A stretch of 64,000 bases of DNA from Gnetum montanum (taxonomy: Eukaryota > Plantae > Gnetophyta): positions 307,492 through 371,491 of the forward strand of contig MNCI01001040.1 of assembly GCA_015680685.1 (NCBI GenBank), given 5' to 3'. The position numbers and the translations under genes are program-made. The notes under the pieces were generated by a model. The model was not told where the DNA came from. It ran no database searches and was given only the letters and a program-made list of their open reading frames with translations. Shown here one piece after another: positions 33,742 to 46,649 of the stretch; within the stretch, counting starts at the first letter, position 1, and each line of letters begins with the position of its first letter.

Positions 33742-36700
33742 ATGGAGTCATCTCAAAACTCTAACGCACACACCTTTGTAATCCTCACACAGGAACAATA
33801 TAACTTTATTTGTGTGAAGATTCAGGTCAACCTTCCCCTTGACACCACAAAATAGGAGGAAAAATGAAACTTTGAGCACATATACATGGAAGGTCATGAA
33901 TTCGTCCCCCCTGTATATGACATCATCCCCCTTTCTGAGCCTCACCACTGACTCATCTCCTAGCTCCTTATGGCAAGGAGCCAAAACTCATAGAAACCCA
34001 CTGAGGAGCCCCAAAACCAACATGATGTAGATGAATTCTAGGCACAATATGAACCTAAGGATTCATACCACACCCTCACTCCCCATGCCTACGTGAACCC
34101 ATCATTCCACCCTTACATGGGACAAACGGCTGCTCACCAAGTGTCAACGAGCACACAAGCACTAGTATCCCAAAAAAGATTACCCACATCCACCTCCACC
34201 TAGTACATACCGCACATGCAAACACATGAGGCCCCTTTCATCACTTCAGCTTCATACATCCAGGGTGTCACTTCACAGTTTGTGGCTAGGCAAGGAATCA
34301 TACCCCTTGTTCAACAACCCACTCACTTCAACGTGTCACACCTTGCAATCCCAACTTCGAACGTTACTCCACAACAACAACTAATGACATAATCTCCCCA
34401 ACCAACTAATCTGCCTACTNTTAGAATTGTAGGTAAATACATTTCAGGGATGGGCTCATGAAGTTCATTAAGGGCTACACTCCATTGTTGGATAAAATTC
34501 TACACAGGCTCTAGTGGTGCTTGTTTCACCTATATCAGAGTGTCTAGTGTGGCCTCAGGCTTGAGGTTGTACTTAAACCAGGTGACAAACTAATGTAACA
34601 GATCCTCCAGAGAGGATATGGAGTTATGTGTCAGGGCTTAGTACCAATCTAAGGCTATGCTCATTAAGGACATAGTGAACACGCACAAGATTGTGTGGGG
34701 CCAAGCTTGAAGCAATAGAGTTTCTGATCAAAACATGACTAAGTGGACGTTTAGATCTCCCTTCCTATTGTACTTGGTTAACTGGGGCAATGTGATTCCC
34801 TTGAGTAAAGCTAATGGTGGCACTGAAGAGTTAATTAGATCATCATGGTAGAAGTCCAGTACTTTAACTACTTCGGTGTTGGCAATTTTGAGGTGCTTTA
34901 CCTCATTAGCTAACGCTTACATCCATTGTTTTGCTTCTACCCACTCTTGAGCAGTAGGCAGATTAGTTGGTTGGGGAGATTATGTCATNACATTGAACAA
35001 GCTGCACAAACCAACAATGATCCTACCTATGTAGCTTACAAGAACCAACATGTTGCCAAACAATAGAAAACAATAGAAACTATAGCTGTAAGCACAAAAA
35101 CAACAAACATCGGTACCAACCCACTTATAATGATAGGGGCCACCCCAAGGCCCAACTTTCAGCGCAAGGATCGCTCTAAGTACACGCTGCTACCCGTGCG
35201 ACCTTCTGAACTACTAAAGCAACTTCTTAAATTCAGGAAAATCCAATACAAACACGTAGTGGAGGTACTGCGAGCTACTAAGGAACCCCACCTTAGTAGC
35301 ACCAAACAAGCCCCCAATTCCATGACATTTCAAGTTAGACCAATTCTATCACTACCATCAGATGTCTGGTCACAATACCGAAAACTTCTATGCCTTACAG
35401 GATGATCTTCAAACAATGATAGAACGGGACCAACTCTATATCAACACCTTGAGTCAACCTAGCATAGATGATGCCTCCTATGTCATAAACTCCATTAGCA
35501 TAGATAGTAAGCCTAAACCTGTGCGGTAACCTTTTGTGATCCATGTGCCTCCCAGCAAGGCAACAATCCCCTTTGCCTCCATGAGCAAGAGGCCTTCCAT
35601 CGTCATCAAGGTGCCACCTAGTGCACCGAAGATACCTTTCATGGTCAAAGTACCACCATAGTCATCCACTAAGACGTTAAACTGGAAGGAACCGCAATTG
35701 TCCTTTAAGATGTTAAACTGGCATGATGCACCAACCACAATCGCCAAGAAACCTTTCGTCATTAAGGTGCCACAATAAGCTAGTCAAACACCAATGACTC
35801 CTCCCAAACTACCATTTGTCATAAAGGTGCCACCACACGATGACCCCTCACCTACCCAGAGCCCAACCATAGGCAACGTCTCAACCTCTTCTGCCTCAAG
35901 AGTCAACCTTTCCAACAACACTGGTAAGCCTACCAAATGGCAGTAGAAGAGGACAAACAAACAACGAACAACATCTCCAATCGAAAAAAAAAGCCACATC
36001 AAGCAAGCAAAAATCGAATGTTGGGGCCCCTACTCCTAATCCCAAACAAACCAGGCCTAAGCCCTCAACCCATATAGAGAAAACCAACACAATGACAAAT
36101 AACATAGACTTTGTAGCTACACTGGCCCAGGTGAAACAAACACTCAAACAAAAGAACATAATCATGAGCTTGTATGACTTGGTCGTGACATCATCAGCTC
36201 ATCGCAAAGCCTTAGTGTAAACGTTAGCATTCATTCCTATCACAGAGGACATCCCTGCTAACATGGAATCCATCCATGCAATGATTTTGCAACACACACC
36301 ACAAGGATTGGGTTCAAACACCTTAGCCTTATGCGACAATGCAGTTAAAGTCAACCCCGAATGAGGGGAGGTCACAACAGCTACATTGGCAATTAGCATA
36401 CGTGTTGGGAAGTGTACCATTCATAGATTGCACATTGATGATGGTGCAGCAACAAACGTAGCTTTATACTCCGTCATCGACAAACTAGACATGGCAGACG
36501 AGATCATGCCAAAAAAAACCACGTGTTTAAAATCCTTCAACAGATCATGTGTCACAATTAAGGGCATAATCAACTTAGCCTTTGTGGCAGGAGAACAATT
36601 CCCCACCAGTGTGGAGTTCACTATCATAGAAGAGATGCCAAATTTCAACATGATTATTGGCAAACCTTGGCTAGCCCAACAATGGGCCGTTTCCTCACCG

Positions 36701-36990
36701 ATACATCAAGAAATTTACCTTCCATACGAAGGTGGACAAGTCATCATACATGGCGAGAACACTCACTTTCAAGCCATCCACAACATAGACATGTCATAAG
36801 TCTTGAAAGAAGAGTCTCTTGATGGAACACCCACCACAAAAAATGCAACAGCTAAAATGCCCAAACGAGTAGTAAAAATCGAAAGCCTTCCAGAGCAACC
36901 AAAACCTAGCACACGTCCTAGACCACATCTGACTAGGAAACAACCACACAATCAAGACTCCCCTATGGCCAAAAACATGTCTGATCCCCA
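33742..36990 (+). pseudogene. gag: Decayed gag-protease of element D (34421-34988 is assembled inverted)
   Basis: KDRSKYTLLP, YHYHQMSGHNTENF and protease HIDDGAATNV...FNMIIGKPWL are all homologous to B. Confidence 0.85.
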
Positions 36991-37062
36991 CCCACTCTTC
37001 ACCTTTGTTCGTTGTGCATATGTCACCTTCGTTTGCATTGTACTAGCTTATGCATTTACATG

Positions 37063-37605
37063 TGGCACAAAAAGGCCTTAAACTAAACTGCGGCCTGAAA
37101 TGGCCTTAAACTAGAGCACGTGGCCTGAAAAGGCCTTAAACTAGCTCATGGTCTGAAAAGGCCTTAAACTACCACCATTTCACATTGTTTTCTATTTAGT
37201 GATGCATTTTAGTTCATGTTTTCTGCAGTTGCTATTTAACATTATTTTCTCTAGTTGCTTTTGTTTACAGGATCATACAGATGTACATGCATGCATCCAC
37301 ACTGATAGTCCTAGCATCATGACTTGAAATTGATACCACACACTATCCTGGGTTATGACGATAAACTGACACCACACAACACTCGTTCGAAATGATAGTA
37401 AACTAGCACTCGTCCAACATGACATTAAACTACCACATTCTTTTGCTAGATTCTGCTAAGACTATAAACTAGTTTGCCTCTTTATAGTCCATCATAACTA
37501 TAAACTAGCATTGCACTATCTGCTACGACGCTAAACTAGTAACGTCCAACAAGTTATGATGTAAAACTAATCCACGACAGTCTGCCAAAACTATAAACTA
37601 GCAAC
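37063..37605 (+). repeat. Two TAAACT motif arrays of D, separated by a conserved splice-acceptor-like site at 37270
   Basis: GGCCTGAAAAGGCCTTAAACTAG x4; then TTGTTTACAG|GAT; then GAC-NN-TAAACTRG x8. Confidence 0.8.
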
Positions 37606-38741
37606 TTCCTCACTAGCCTACTAATCTATTGCTGTAATTAAACAACATATCATCATCAACCTACTCAATGAATTCATCACATGAACTCTGACAACATTGC
37701 TGCTACTCAATTTTTTTGCCTATGGTTGCACGCAATGTCTCCATCCCATCGATTGCATCCATGTTTAAAATGTTAAGCTAACTCATTCACTTGTGGTTTT
37801 CTTATCTTCTTGGAGTTGTGGTTGCAGGATGACACCCAGAGGTGTTTGTCCATGAATGCACTTCATCACGGTGATGAGGTACCACATTGTTCCTTATGCA
37901 TGTAACTAGGTTAATCAAACCATTCACAAGTACATTCCTAGTTCCTCGAACATCCCTTATTCTCTAACATGTTCTCTCTGCCTTGTTCCTCGATACATCC
38001 CAATCACCCCAAAACTCTAAACACATGGTTGCATACTATAACTCTCCAGGCAGTTGCAACACACTACACAACACATGAAACAGATACAAGCACACGAGCA
38101 CAAGTATAACATTCAAAGAGAGCTCTGTCCAAAAAAAAATTATCAAAGAAAAATCAAAGAGAAAAATCCATCACAAGACCCTTAGCACTTCCCATACAAG
38201 CCCTAGATAGGAAGGTACTTGTCTTGGAAGAAAACACTCATGTCTCAAACAATCATGTTGCATCGCATCATGTGGCTTTGGCTGTTGGACAACGGGTTCC
38301 CTTTGACACTCAACAAGGATCTTATTTCTCTAAAGAATGCACCACCCCATCACGTGGCTTTCGTTGTGACAACGAATTCTCTTAAATAGGATACAAGAGT
38401 CTCGTTCCTCCAAAGAATGCACATCTCATTCCTTGGTCCCAAGTCCGCTAGATACTAGCTATTGATAAGGACCAACATGATCTATTCATACAAGAGCATC
38501 CCTCTTCCCATAGTTAAAAAAAATCATCCCTTCATCAATCCCCAATCTCACAATTACAAACCTTCTCCCTACACATCTCAAAATCTCATTTCTCGATCCC
38601 ATGTACTTCTGAAGATGATGCGATGACATTTGGCCAAGTGCCAAAGAACAATGCTTGATACCCAGTTGCTCATGGTGTTTTGTACTTCTTTGTCAACACC
38701 TCTCAGGTAGATTCCTCCAGGTGTTAACAAAGAGGGTCCAA

Positions 38742-41109
38742 TGAAGCACCACAAAATTTTGGCCTAGCACTTTCAAACAAGATTCAAGGTAAGTCATGCA
38801 GCTACCCAAGCACGAGTACAACATGACCAAACTTGGAGGCCTTCGAAATAGCCCCTGATGGTTCACAATTCAATAGGAAAGGTTCCCTTGGGGCCCATGG
38901 GTAATTGCATCAACTTCTAGCATTTAGAATCAAAATTTTTGGGCTCAAAATGCTTGGTTTTGGCTAAGTACACTTTGGTTACATTCTCTTATGCTGCACA
39001 GCGTAAGGATCAGCGCCACCAACTTTTGGAGCCCCAAAGCTAAGCCAAAACAGGCTGAAATCAGGCACAAGGACCCTCCATGACCTTCACCAAGGTCCCT
39101 AGTAGCTCCCAACCTCCAAAAAATCAAGATTTGGGCCTCAAATGTGCCATTTTGACTTGGTGATGCTGGCGTTATTTTTCAGACGCTGCACAACGTAAGG
39201 CTCAACGTCACCAACTTTTGGAGCCCCAAAACTGAGCCAAAAAAGGCTGAAATTGGGTACAAGGATCCCCCATGACCTTCACCAAAGCAACTCGCAGCCT
39301 CTAGAAAATCAAGATTAGGGCCTCAAATGTGCCATTTTAACTTGGTGACGCTGGGATTATTTTTTAGACGCTGCATAGCGTAAGGCTCAGTGTCACCAAC
39401 TTTTGGAGCCCCGAAACTAAGCCAAAAAAAGATGAAATTAGGCACAAAGACCCCCCATAACCTTCACCCAAGGTCCCCAGCAGCTCCTAGCCTCCATAAA
39501 ATCAAGAGTTGGTCCTCAAATGTGCCATTTTGACTTGGTGATGCTGGGGTTATTTTTTAGACGCTGCACAGCGTAAGGCTCAACGTCACCAACTTTTGGA
39601 GCCTCAAAACTAAGCCAAAAAAGGTTGAAATTGGGTACAAAGATCCCCCATGACCTTAAACAAGGTCTCCAACAACTCCCAGCCTCTATAAAATCAATAT
39701 TTGATCCTCAAATATGCCATTTTAACTTGGTGACATTGGGGTTATTTTTCAGATGCTGCATAGCGTAAGGCTCAGCGTCACCAACTTTTGGAGCCCTAAA
39801 ACTAAGCTAAAACAAGCTGAAATTAGGCACAAGGACCCCCATGACCTTCACCAAGGTCCCTAGCAGCTCCTAGCTTCAAGAAAATCAAGATTTTGGCCTC
39901 AAATGTGTCATTTTGACTTGGTGACGTTGGGGTTATTTTTCAGACGCAGCACAACGTAAGGGTCAATGTCACTAACTAAAACAGGGCCAAAACGACATCC
40001 AAATCAATCCAAATTTGGCACATATAACCCTCATGATCCATGGCATGTAGATCCACTCAAAAAATGGGTCTCAAAAGTCAAAAATGGGTTCAAAATGCAC
40101 TATTTTCAGGTCATATGTTGTTAGTCACGCTGACATGCTTCCAGCAGCGTAAGCCTAGCGTAAACACTTTCATACGCTGGATGCTGGATGATAGACATTG
40201 ATGCCAAGACACATTGTAGACACACTAGAGCTAGATCCACACATGCTAAAGGCCTTAGAAGAGCAAAAATAGCATAGATCTGTAGATCTGGAGGCCAGAC
40301 ATCCAGATACATTCTTGTACTTTAACATTCTTTGTACATTTTGCATTTTTCAGCATATCAAGCTCTTACACTATGGATTACACACATTAGCATCAGAGAT
40401 CTTGGTCACACTGAATGCTATACATTATAACATTTCATGCATCCAGTCAATGCACACACCTGCCACCTGATTCGAAGTTTTCTCACCCCGCAACCACTGA
40501 TCTTCTCCCAGATCCTAATCTTGCACCTAAAATCCTATAAATCTCCTATTTTTCCACTAGATGGGGGTTCAAAAAATTTGAATTTGACACACTTAGGAGA
40601 TCTAGGCATCAATCTCATATGCTAGGCTTCATACAAACTAGACGTTGTACACCTGCAATCCAAAACCTGCATCTTCCTAGCACTTGCTCTCATCCATCGG
40701 GGCTAAATGTCTGCCTTGCAACCAAACCGCAACTACATTCTGATCGGTGCACATTCTAATTGTTTATCAATACAAATAGTTTGCATTATTACCCAGATTC
40801 TTATAGTTTACATTATTATTCCTATTCACATTTTTTGTTGTTTTCATCATTTATCATTTAAAAAGTTTACATTCATTTTCATTTGTTTACGTTCAATTTT
40901 TTTTGCATTTGTTTACGTATAACCCAACATACCGTGATTGCATATGTTTGGGGAAGTCCTTGTTTGATCCGTGTGTGGACCATTCAAGGTACTCTGCCTT
41001 CGTTAATTTCCAGCTTGCACTCAGGTGAAGGCAGGGTCTTACTGTTTCATCCATAGATCTCTTGGTGTATGTTTATTCCAGCCTCTCACCGATGATTTTA
41101 GATGGTACA
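38742..41109 (+). repeat. 3' LTR of element D (expanded)
   Basis: TGAAGCACCAC...TGGTACA. About 780 bp longer than the 5' LTR. Confidence 0.93.
39017..39970 (+). repeat. Five tandem ~191 bp units inside the 3' LTR of D
   Basis: CACCAACTTTTGGAGCC recurs near 39017, 39209, 39395, 39587 and 39779. The 5' LTR has one unit (~31909-32100). Confidence 0.9.
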
Positions 41110-41114
41110 CAAAG

Positions 41115-42900
41115 GAATACAACCACTTGATGATTTGAAAAAGGGAGGTCTAGTTTTGTGATAATGAGGAGGAGGCACCACTTGATGAATTGGTGCAATT
41201 TAAGACCTTGTTGATACAAAAATATATTTATGAAATAATAGCCAAAGTGGACAAAATGTGAGACTCTTAGGATGAAAATTTCCAAAGTGCTCTTAGAATT
41301 ATAGAGGAGTCCAAAGAGCAAGGTAGCAATTGTGATTGAAGGAGAATGAAGAAAGCTGAATGTGCCCATTAGAGAGGTAAGGGTAAAGCTAATCTCATTA
41401 AAGAGGTTGTGGATTCTAAAAGATATGATGATGGTGGGTGTGACATCTATCAATACTAGCATCCTAAGAGATGTTACCTAGTTGTGACACACTTGTAAAA
41501 ATTTGGAATGTATGCTTTGAATCCGAGATTGGTGAAAAGGAAAACACCCCAAAGGTTGCCTTATTCTCAAGACAACTATAGGTAGTTTCACCAACAAACC
41601 TACTATTTAAGTGGAGCTCCACCTCAACCTCACAAGTAGTACCAATAGTGGTAGCATCCATAGTCATGGGAATGCCACCACCAAGGAAGTGGTACACTTA
41701 CCAGTAATTAGATCCGTATGGATACTATATTGAATAGTCCATTTCTTCGCATGACTCTTCTAGTCAAGTATCTTTTCAACACCACTACTACCCTCTTAAG
41801 TATTATAGAGCACAATATCTAAGAGGAGAATTCCCATATCCATATTACCCTCCTCATCCTTTTGCACCTCTACCTTCACCCTCAACTCAGTTGCCACTTT
41901 CTCCATTCATGTAGGATAAAATTCTAGCCCAACCATAGTGAAGAAATGTTACAAAGGCTATAAACTTACAGCTGGCTCCCTAGTTAAGTGGTTTAAATAA
42001 TAAGCCTTGAAAAAGATCCATTCTTAGAACCAATAGTCCTAATAAGCCCTTATAGATACCTATAGTTGTTCACCCTACTTCTTCATTCTCCTCTACAACA
42101 TCCTTTGAGATCCCTTCAAACCAAACACCTTCCAAAGTGCACATTGTAATGTTAACCCATATGGCCATAGATTGAATAAAGGTTGGTCATCTTGCTAGGA
42201 AGAAATTAGATTTTAAGAGTCCCAAAATTTACTTTCAAATCATTGGAAATGAGCCTTGCAAGGCTATTTTAGACTTAGGTTTTAATGTCAATTTGATCTC
42301 TCATGAAATGTACAAAGCCTAGAACCTACCTCCTCTTAAGAAGAGCAACATTCATCTTGAGTTAGTAGATTAGTACATCACCATTCCCTTGGGTTTGGTG
42401 GAGGATATTGTAACCACTATTTGTGAGTGATCATATCCTATCGACATCTTGCTAATCTGAGTAGAAAAATACAAAGGGGACTTTCCAATCATCATGGGTA
42501 GGGATTGGCTAAGTACAATTGATGAGTAGCTTATGGAGACTCCAATTCTATGAGTACCTAATTGGTCCCCAACCCTTTCACATCATGACATATACATCCA
42601 ATTATGCCTTGGGAGCCATGCTCATGTAATTGGATGATCAGAAACATCCTTAATACATCCACTATATGAGTAGAAGCATTGTGGGTCCATAACTAAACTA
42701 CACAACCATAGAGAAAGAATTAATGGTAATGGTGTTTGCCTTGGAAAAATTTAGGTACTATGTTTTTGGGTATAAGGTGTTTGTGCACACAAGCCATAGT
42801 GCAATCTAGTTCTTAATGAATAAGCCAACGATGAGCCCTTAATCTTGCAGGAATTTAATCTAACAATGGTAGGTCAAAAGATGATTAAGATTGTGTTGCT
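41115..42900 (+). pseudogene. Element C: 3' gag, protease and RNase H (RT missing)
   Basis: CKAILDLGFNVNLI...PIIMGRDWL (PR, ~42255-42510) runs directly into TPIL.VPNW..PFHIM...NYTTIEKELMVMVFALEKFR (RH). Confidence 0.8.
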
Positions 42901-44628
42901 TGTAGTGATCAAAAATGTTGATGGCTAGAACACCAAGGGGTTTGTGGATGCACAGCCTAACCCCACCTCCACATGAGGGCCTTGCTAGAAAATGGAGGTG
43001 GAGTTCCCTAGACAGTCTTGTCGATTGAATAGGGATTTTGCCAACTACAACTAGGGTATTGGGTGCAACTAAGGATGGTGTGGTTAGCCAAAATGCAAAT
43101 TCAAATAATGTGAAACAGTGCTAAGTATCAAAGAAATGTTTTGCAATGTTAAGTGTAGAGTGTAGCCATGGAATGGGAGCAAGCATAGCCAAGGTTTTTG
43201 ACCAAAATGAAGGTGTCAATCCATAGAGACTATTTCCCAAGCATAGTACATCATGATAACATGTGAGAAAAATGTGAAAAGACACAAGAAAATGCTAAAA
43301 ATGGACAAGAGAAATAGAACACCACACCAAATGGGAGTGTAGTTAACTCCAAAAGGGTCTCAAAAGGTACATAGTGTACAAAAAGAATAGTGGGAGCATA
43401 GTCATAATCTTAGTGATGTTAGGTTGTAAAGTTTGGTGCTTACAATGATGAACCATGCCTACCAGGTTGGCCACCATAGTGTACCATGCGGTGTTCTACA
43501 AGGTTGCAATAGGGGTATGGTGTACCATGTGGTGCAAGGCTACAATGAGGCTATGGTATACTATGTGGTGTAGGTATGCCTCTCTACTAGTGTGGTGTGA
43601 TCTAGGTCTTATTTGTCTACAAAGCTAAGTGCTAAGATGCCAAAATGCCAAATGCCAAATGAAAGTGCCAACTACCAACCACTAAAGCATTGGGGATCTA
43701 GGGGTATTTATAGGATTAGGGTTAGCCCAAAATGCAAATCAAGCATCATATTATAGTGTAGTAGGTAGAACTTCAAGAAAAAATCAAAAAAATTTCTATG
43801 TCCAGAGGTGGCCAAAAAAAGTTCAAAAATTTTTCTAACTCTACTTATTATGCTCATCCCTTGCCATGCTTGCTACACTCTAGAGCATAGGTATAATTTG
43901 GGACAAATAGGGGATGTAGGAGAAATACAAATTGCTGATCTTGCTTGTCAAAGGAGTGCTAGAGCTAGAATGAAGGCCTATGCTAAGCTTTGGAAGCTTT
44001 TGGAGGTAGTTCCATGTTGCTACGCTAGCCACGCTCTAGAGCGTAGCCCAACAGTTAGGCAAATTTTGTAAAAAATTAAAGTCCAACTCTACTACGCTTA
44101 CTACACTCATGAGTGTAGTAGGAAGGGATAGGTGCAAAACTGAAGTCCAGTGCTGCTACAGTTGCTATGCTCATGAGTGTAGTAGCAAGGGATAGGGCTT
44201 AGCATGAACACTTTGAAAAATCTAGAAAAAATTGTAGTCCTTGTTCTTGCTATGCTTGCTATGCTCTGGAGCATAGTAAGAGGGGTAGCCTCAAGAGTTA
44301 GAAAATTTGCTAAACTATTTTTTTCATTCTAAGCTAGCTTAACAACGTTTGGCTTGACACTCTTGTAAACTAGCCACCGAAGTGCTAGCACACTTGCTAT
44401 GCTCAAGAGCATAGTAGGACACTTAGAAAAATTTCTATAGCTTATGTCATAATTCTAACACTTAGCAAAAATTACAAAAAATTAGCTATTAAAGCTAACT
44501 ATGCTCTACTGTAGCGGAAAGCATGGTCCTAACACTTAAACAAAATTTCTATAGAAAGTGCCATTGTTCTGAGACTTAGAAAAATTTGTAGTTAAGAAGC
44601 AGTAGCCCAAAATTTTTGTGGGGTTTCA
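42901..44628 (-). repeat. 3' LTR of element E
   Basis: Colinear with 50650-52433. Confidence 0.93.
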
Positions 44629-45794
44629 TTGACCCCTCTTTGTTGATGTCTAGAGGAGTGTTTTGAGAGACATAGACAAAGAATAACAAAACACCATAGC
44701 AGATGTGGCATCAACATCACTTGTTAGTACCTGATCAAGTATCATTCCACCATGTTCAAGGGTGTTGTGGATAGGTGTATGCTGAGGGAAAAGGGTGTAG
44801 GAAATGTGCTAGGGAGATGAAATGCAAGTAGGGGGAGATGAAATGTAAAATATGTCTCATGATGCAAGATATGAAGTCAACATGGTTGATAGTGACCATG
44901 GCATGGAGTGGCTTGCCCCTAGAATATTGACCTCTCAGTGGAGTGCTCATGAGACAGTCAAAGTCAATCCAAGGCTCATCTGATTGCAAAGTTGTAGCAT
45001 TGTCAGTTTGCTTGGGGATGTACTTTTTTCTATTTTTTCCTTTTGCATTTTTTCTTTTTTTCTTTGCTATGAGGTGAACCTTTATTAGGTTCAGCTTACT
45101 ATTGAATGCTAACTACAAGGTGTTGGCCATTAGATGGGCTTTGTTTTGATGTGATCACATCACGTCTATAGGACAGGTGTTTCCTCCCATGGATGAGTTG
45201 CATTACATCCACTTGGGATTTGACCAACCAACAGAGGCTCCCCATGGGACAAGTTGCATCATGTCCACCATGTGTTCTATGATTCACATGAAGAGAATTC
45301 CATGTACATTAGAGTGCATATGCATTATATGGATGTGCAATCATGAGTATGCTGGGGAATGAGAGGCTATTGGAATGAAGGAGTGGATGTGCATAGACTA
45401 TAATAGGTTAAGGGGGATGTGCACTCTTGACTAGCTTAACTAGCCCAATCATGCACATTTAAGTGATGTGGTGACTTGCTACTATGATGAGATGTATCTC
45501 TGCATGATCACCTCCAAAGATTTTTTCTACAAACACAACTCTAAGAAGACAACAAGACCACACAACATAAAATAAAAATCAAATGCCAAATGTGAAGATT
45601 CTGCAAGTTCTAGATGCAAAGATGCTACAAATGCATCAAATGCTGCACTAGTGAGTGCTCAAGAAGCTAGTGAAAGTGCCAGGGCAATGATGCCATGAGT
45701 TCTTTAAAGGTTGCACTGATAGTAGGTGCTCCAAAAGATTAGCAAAATGGTGGGAGGCAATGATGCTACAAGTGCATGGACCTAGTGTAAGATC

Positions 45795-46425
45795 TTGGCA
45801 GACCATGGAGTGCTAGTTTATAGGCTTAGTAGACTATTGTGTGCTAGTATAAGATCATAGTAGATGAGCTATTATGCTAGTTTAACATCATGACCTAAGG
45901 ATGAGTTGTGCCAGTTTATAGTCATAGCAGACTACTACGCTAGTTTATAGTCATAGTAGACTATTGTGCTAGTTTATAGTCATAGCAAATTGTTTCTGCT
46001 AATTGTTTGTGTCATGGTAGATAAGTGCTTACCTTGCTTGTGTGAGGTGTGATGCTGCATGTGTAGTCATGTTGTGCGTCTGCAAGATCCTACAAAAATC
46101 AACTAGAAAAACAACATTAAGTAGCACCTATCATAAATAGAGTTAAAATGCACAAATGAAAGAAAATAAATGTGAAGAGTGATATTTTTAGGCTGTTATA
46201 GGCTGCAGCAATAGTTTAAAGCCATTTCAAGCTATCGAGTGTTGCAAGTTTTTGGCCATTTTTTGCCATCGCTAGTTTAAGGCCATTTTGGGCCATGATA
46301 AAGAGGTTGATGGTTTAAGGCCATTTTGAGCTATACATTGCCAGTTTAAGGCCATGGTGGACCATAGATTGCTATTTTAAAGCCATTTTGAGCCATGGGC
46401 TAGTTTAAGGCCTTTTTAGGCCATC
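45795..46425 (-). repeat. Two TAAACT motif arrays of E flanking an acceptor-like site (~46090)
   Basis: Plus-strand GCTAGTTTATAGTCATAG and CTAGTTTAAGGCCATTTTGGGCCA units are reverse complements of the B and D arrays. Confidence 0.8.
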
Positions 46426-46649
46426 ATGTTTTTTTTGTAGTTTTAGTTTTATGATTTGTATGAGTTTTTGATGATTTTCAAATGCAATGCATAAGCTAAG
46501 TTAATGAATGTGTAAACAAAGAAAAAAATGTGTGAACAAAATGAAATGTGTGATCCAAGTGAGCAGGAAAAATATAAATACGTAGGCTACTATGATGCAA
46601 ATGAAAGTAAAAAATGCATGGCAAATGGAGGAAAACGGTAGGTAGGTTC

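Larger units (their letters stand above)
31634..41109 (+). mobile_element. Element D: non-autonomous Tat-like element (gag-PR only), 9.5 kb
   Basis: TG..CA ends; TSD CAGAG/CAAAG (1 mismatch); LTRs at 31634-33221 and 38742-41109; PBS TGACACTAGAAGGAGGGC at 33228. No RT/RH/INT motifs between PR and the 3' LTR. Confidence 0.92.

Noticed and set aside
34421-34988. Apparent inversion inside gag of D with a 36 bp inverted repeat
   Set aside because: It is bounded by single n characters (34420, 34989), and its reverse complement overlaps the preceding contig end exactly (ATGACATAATCTCCCCAACCAACTAATCTGCCTACT). This is a mis-oriented contig.
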